A stretch of DNA of 64,000 bases from Vulcanimicrobiota bacterium (GTDB lineage Bacteria > Vulcanimicrobiota > Vulcanimicrobiia > Vulcanimicrobiales > Vulcanimicrobiaceae). Below, piece after piece: positions 59,954 to 64,000 of this stretch (its first letter is position 1; every line of letters begins with the position of its first letter). The DNA lies in the NCBI GenBank assembly GCA_963820825.1, contig CAWGBN010000002.1:32001-96000 (forward strand). The letters run 5' to 3'. The position numbers and the translations under genes are program-made. The notes under the pieces are model-generated. The model did no database searches. It had not been told where the DNA came from and was given only the letters and a program-made list of their open reading frames with translations.

Positions 59954-60071
59954 CTGGAAGCACAGTCAACCGAAGTTCCAAGCGACGAAAATCATCTTGG
60001 GGCCTGATGGCAATCTCTGGTTTGCCGAGGCCAACCGCAATAAGATCGGCGAGTTTCGCTTCGGTACCTAG
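59954..60071 (+). pseudogene. 3' fragment of a Vgb/beta-propeller protein
   Basis: IILGPDGNLWFAEANRNKIGEF*. Confidence 0.7.
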
Positions 60072-61033
60072 GGTTTGAGCTTGCGGAAGCCGGTGTAATC
60101 TTCGATCGCGAGGCCGGCGAAAGAGGCGTTGGAGGCCTCAACGCTCGCAACGTTTGCGAGTTGTGCCTCCATGTAGGCCGTACCGCTGCTGGTGGAGGAG
60201 TTGCAATACGAGGTCTGCGGGGGATGCTGGTGGCACGACGTCAAGGCGCCGATCACGACTGCTTTACCCGCGATGCCGTTAGCGTAGGTGAGATCGGTCG
60301 TTGCCTGGCTCTCCATGCGGGATGCGGTGTCCCAATAATCCATGATCACGTAGTCGTCGACGGCCCGGATGACGAGCTGGTTGAGCCGTGTCGTGACCGA
60401 GCCGCGCTTCACCCGAATGGTGGAGTACCAATAGGGTACGTCGACCGACACTTTCAATCCGATCGTATGCGCCGCCCTCGCAAGCTTGGTCACGAGATCG
60501 ACGTAATCTAAAGCCAGCGCATTGCGCCGGGTCTTCCATTGCGGAAGCCCGTACGGCTCGACGTCGAAATGGACGGCTACGGGCTGCCCCGTCGTCATTT
60601 TGCTCAAGAGCTGCGCCACGTATCTCGACACGAGCGAAACGGCGTAGCCTTGACGCGGATATCCGGAGCCGGGCAGCACCCATCTGTCGTCGCCGAACAG
60701 CAGCTCGGTCGTAATTCGGTGCGAGGCGGCCTTCTGCAGGAAGGCGATCAGCGCCGGCTGATTCCTCTGGATCGATCCTTCGCTCTCGATGTAGAGACGT
60801 TTGACGCCGTGCGAGGTCGCAAAGGCAAAGAACGCGGCTTCATCGGAAGCATTGGTTATAACGTTCTCCTGCCACGTCCACAGCGCCGCCGGTTGATACG
60901 TTCGGGCTTGACCGCCCACCGGCGCAACGGTGGGCGTCGCCATCGATTGACAGGCCGCAAGCGTCATCGTCGCGAGCGCAACGGCCCAACATCTCGGCCG
61001 CAGCCAAAGTCGGGACCTGCGGCTCAAGCGCAA
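60068..61033 (-). CDS. Lipoprotein, putative TIM-barrel glycoside hydrolase-like
   Basis: Lipobox LAAC; ALWTW, VHFDVEPY, VDVPYW, VIMDY. Confidence 0.65.
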   Translation of the reverse strand: MRLSRRSRLWLRPRCWAVALATMTLAACQSMATPTVAPVGGQARTYQPAALWTWQENVITNASDEAAFFAFATSHGVKRLYIESEGSIQRNQPALIAFLQKAASHRITTELLFGDDRWVLPGSGYPRQGYAVSLVSRYVAQLLSKMTTGQPVAVHFDVEPYGLPQWKTRRNALALDYVDLVTKLARAAHTIGLKVSVDVPYWYSTIRVKRGSVTTRLNQLVIRAVDDYVIMDYWDTASRMESQATTDLTYANGIAGKAVVIGALTSCHQHPPQTSYCNSSTSSGTAYMEAQLANVASVEASNASFAGLAIEDYTGFRKLKP

Positions 61034-61055
61034 GGAGGATGCTCGCCCGCGGGTC

Positions 61056-62198
61056 TCAGTGCCGTTCCGCGAGCATATCGCCCGATTCGATGTGCAGATC
61101 CGCGTCGCGCCAGCGGACCGCGTTTCCGCCCAGCCCGCAAGCCCATACGGTTATCCCGAAGAGATCGCGTGCCGGCACGAGCCATGCCGGGGCGGGTACG
61201 ACGCCGAGCGCGCGCGCGGCGACGCGTTGCAAGGCGATGCGTGCGAGCACCGCAACGAAGAGCGCCGTTAATCGCCTCGGCCGTGGCGCGAGCAAGAGCG
61301 CTAGAAGCGCAAGCGGGACGGGGTAGGTTAGGAACATGCCGGCGTAACCAGCGGGCTGCACTCCGCGAATCGTTCGGTGCCAGCGCAACTCGTGGTTCCA
61401 AAGGGTCGCGAGACTAGAGTCCGACACCATCGTTCGTACGACGTAACCTGAGATTACGACGCGGAGGCCTTGGGCAGCGATGAAATTTCCCAGCATGAAG
61501 TCGTCAGCGAGATGCGGTGCGAGTGCCTCGAAGCCCCCGACCGAGGAGAGGACTGCTGAGCGTACCGCATTCGTCGGGCCTAGGCAGTGTCGCGGGGGGC
61601 CGAAGAGTCGATTGACGAGCACCGATGGGATAAACTGCTCGTTCATGAACATCGCCCCGAGTTTGGATGAAAACGAACCGTCAGGAACGCCGGCGAAAAG
61701 ACAGGTCACCACGCCGACGCCCGGCTTGTGTAAGGGCGCCGTAACGGCGCGGATGTACGCCGGGTTGACCCGAGTGTCGCTGTCAGCCAAGATCAACACG
61801 TTGTGGCGCACGAGCCGCATCATGGACAGCACGTTCGCGATCTTGGGGTTGCGCGAGCTGCGAACTTCACCAACGTCAATCTCGATATTCCGATCGGGGA
61901 GGTCCGCCGCCACCCGCTGCGCAATTGCCAACGCGCTATCGTCGGCGCGCGCGACGCCGAGGACGAGCTGGTAAACAGGATAGTCCTGCAACGCGAACGC
62001 CCGCAGGTTATCCTCGAGGCCGGGTTCGGCGCCATGCAAGGGCACCAGCAGACTGACGTCCGGCAGGTGGTCGCCCGGATCCGGCTCAGGTTCGCGCAGC
62101 GCGAACCGCCCAACGGATACGATCGCGACGACCGCATAACCAATCGCTGCGACCGTCGCGACATCAAAGGCCGCGGCGAGGATACGCGCAAACTTCAC
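61056..62198 (-). CDS. hpnI: HpnI/ceramide glucosyltransferase-like glycosyltransferase
   Basis: VSLLVPLHG, QDYP, NPKIANV, ADSD, LADDFMLG, HELRWHRTIR. Confidence 0.85.
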   Translation of the reverse strand: MKFARILAAAFDVATVAAIGYAVVAIVSVGRFALREPEPDPGDHLPDVSLLVPLHGAEPGLEDNLRAFALQDYPVYQLVLGVARADDSALAIAQRVAADLPDRNIEIDVGEVRSSRNPKIANVLSMMRLVRHNVLILADSDTRVNPAYIRAVTAPLHKPGVGVVTCLFAGVPDGSFSSKLGAMFMNEQFIPSVLVNRLFGPPRHCLGPTNAVRSAVLSSVGGFEALAPHLADDFMLGNFIAAQGLRVVISGYVVRTMVSDSSLATLWNHELRWHRTIRGVQPAGYAGMFLTYPVPLALLALLLAPRPRRLTALFVAVLARIALQRVAARALGVVPAPAWLVPARDLFGITVWACGLGGNAVRWRDADLHIESGDMLAERH

Positions 62199-62253
62199 GC
62201 GACGCGGTTCGCTAACCGAGAAGGCGGCCCTTGCTTCTGTATGGGAAGAGATC

Positions 62254-63465
62254 TTGACCGAGATGAACGGGGATGGAACGATTTCGACGCGCGACCACGT
62301 AGCGATCAACGCGCTGTGGGTAGGCGTGCACTTCCAAGACGCGGCGTTGATGTCGATCATCGTGCCGGCGCTGTTGCTGCAGCTGGCCCCGGGCAACCAC
62401 ACCTACGTCCTGGCGGTACTCTCGACGCTCGTCGCAATCGGGACCGCAATCGTGCCTCCGTTGGCGGGTGCGCACTCCGACCGCCTTCGCCGGCGCGGCG
62501 GGGACCGGCGCCGCCAGACGGCGATCGTGCTCGCGATCGACGCCCTCGCGCTCGTCGCGATGGCCTATGCCTCGTCGGTTGTTAACCTGGGCGCTGCCAC
62601 CGTCGTCGCTACTGTCGCATTGATGAGCGGCTCGGTCGTCTATCAGGTGCTCGTGCCGGAGATCGTTCCGCGCAGGTTTTGGGGAACCGCGGCCGGCCAT
62701 CGCGGAGCAATGACGCTGGTCGGAACCATCATCGGCCTCATGCTGGGCGCGCTATTGCCCCCGCGCGAGGCGCTTTTGGCCGCGGCAGGGGGCGTTGTCG
62801 TCAGCGCGTTGACGCTGGTGTTCGTCCCAGCATCTCCGGCGTTCGTAGCGACGGAGCGCCACGAGGGCGCGCACGTCCGCGATCGCCACGATCTCATCGT
62901 CACGCTGATCGCCCGCGCCTGGATCATCATGGGAATGACCTTGCTCAATACCTACGTGCTGTACTTCTTTCACGACGTGCTACGCATCCGCAACGCGTCG
63001 TTGAACACGGGGCTCGTCGCCGGGGCTGCGATGGGTGGGGCAGTCGTGTCCAGTGTCGCGGCCGGAATCCTCTCCGATAAATTCGACCGCCGGCTGGTCG
63101 TTTGTTTCTCGGGGCTGCCGATGACGCTGGCCGCGGTCGGCTTCGCCGTTTATCCGGATTTGCACGTGATCTTCGTGTATGCTGCGCTGTTTGGCCTCGG
63201 TTACGGCGGCGTGTTCGCGGTCGGCTGGGCGCTCGCCATGGACTCGGTTCCCGAACTGGGCGACGTCGCGCGCGACCTCGGCATTTGGGGAACGCTCTCC
63301 AATCTCCCCATGGTCATCGCGCCGGCGATCGGCGCCGCGATCATCACCGGCGGGGCTAACCTGAGCGACGGCTACCGCTGGCTCTTCGCCTGCGCCGGCG
63401 CATGCTTTCTGGTTGGCTCCCTGACCGTGCTTGCGGTGCGCAAGCCGAATGCAGCGTCCCGATGA
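62254..63465 (+). CDS. MFS transporter
   Basis: GAHSDRLRRR, GILSDKFDRR, ARDLGIW; about 12 TM. Confidence 0.88.
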   Translation: MTEMNGDGTISTRDHVAINALWVGVHFQDAALMSIIVPALLLQLAPGNHTYVLAVLSTLVAIGTAIVPPLAGAHSDRLRRRGGDRRRQTAIVLAIDALALVAMAYASSVVNLGAATVVATVALMSGSVVYQVLVPEIVPRRFWGTAAGHRGAMTLVGTIIGLMLGALLPPREALLAAAGGVVVSALTLVFVPASPAFVATERHEGAHVRDRHDLIVTLIARAWIIMGMTLLNTYVLYFFHDVLRIRNASLNTGLVAGAAMGGAVVSSVAAGILSDKFDRRLVVCFSGLPMTLAAVGFAVYPDLHVIFVYAALFGLGYGGVFAVGWALAMDSVPELGDVARDLGIWGTLSNLPMVIAPAIGAAIITGGANLSDGYRWLFACAGACFLVGSLTVLAVRKPNAASR

Positions 63466-64000
63466 AGCCCAACTGGACGATTACGGCAGTCACCTACGGC
63501 ATTCGCCAGACCTATCTTTTCTTCAAGATTCGCGTCCGCCAATGGGGTCATTTGCCGGCAAAACGTGGGGCAACGGTGCTGATCACAAATCACCAGCACA
63601 TAGACGAAGGCGAAATGGTCACGGCGCGCACGTTTCTTCGGCACCCGTGGAAGCCGCTGTCCATGTGCAATTCCCGCCGCACCTTCGAGACGGGATTTAT
63701 CGCGGCGGAATTGCCTTGGACCGCGTGGTTTACGCGCGGCGTCAATCTGAGCGGACTATGGGGGGCCTACGGCATCCTGCCTATCGAGAACCACCTCTTC
63801 TCGCGGCCTCTCATCAGCGTGGCGGAAGAGTTGCGCGCTGCACATGGCGATCTTCCGCTCGAAGCAATCTTCCCGACCGAAACGCTTGAGCCATTAGATC
63901 TCGAAGGGCGCGTTCTGAGCGACCTATGGAAGGCTGCCAACTTCATGCGGGCTCGCGCTTGGGTGAGAGTGGCGAAGCTCAAGCAACCTTACCGGCGCGA
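63462..64000 (+). CDS. PlsC-like acyltransferase, partial (not in the ORF track)
   Basis: ATGA overlap with MFS stop; open to the window end; LPAKRGATVLITNHQHIDEG. Confidence 0.6.
   Translation, partial: MKPNWTITAVTYGIRQTYLFFKIRVRQWGHLPAKRGATVLITNHQHIDEGEMVTARTFLRHPWKPLSMCNSRRTFETGFIAAELPWTAWFTRGVNLSGLWGAYGILPIENHLFSRPLISVAEELRAAHGDLPLEAIFPTETLEPLDLEGRVLSDLWKAANFMRARAWVRVAKLKQPYRR

Overview
High-GC bacterial chromosomal window. Gene content and protein style (GxLYGTT-repeat and beta-propeller lipoproteins) suggest Vulcanimicrobiota/Eremiobacterota; this is an inference. Positions 1-49,000 are mostly housekeeping. They hold an unusual purine cluster (purM, purF, purD, guaA, purL/Q/S-like, purB) with two archaeal-type PurP paralogues, a PAICS-type PurC fused to a catalytically eroded PurE domain, and no purH/purN/purT/purK in view; cydAB and tpx sit inside it. 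Also present are riboflavin genes, including an XRE-HTH::RibBA fusion with a palindromic candidate operator over its own -35 box, plus the DAP/lysine genes, pcrA and sugar-nucleotide/glycosyltransferase genes. An HNH gene precedes tRNA-Gln(CTG) and tRNA-Glu(CTC). A ~6.9 kb integrative element sits in tRNA-Glu (20-bp att repeat, arm-type repeats, integrase, divergent repressor/Xis switch, Rep with internal iterons, a three-gene unknown cassette and a repeat lipoprotein). It is followed by a probable second element with IS3 damage, then hpnI, an MFS transporter and an acyltransferase. Many single-base frameshifts occur (pepA, and densely from ~45.5 to 60 kb). They look like consensus errors, so pseudogene status there is uncertain. 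All family calls come from motifs read by eye; no searches were run.
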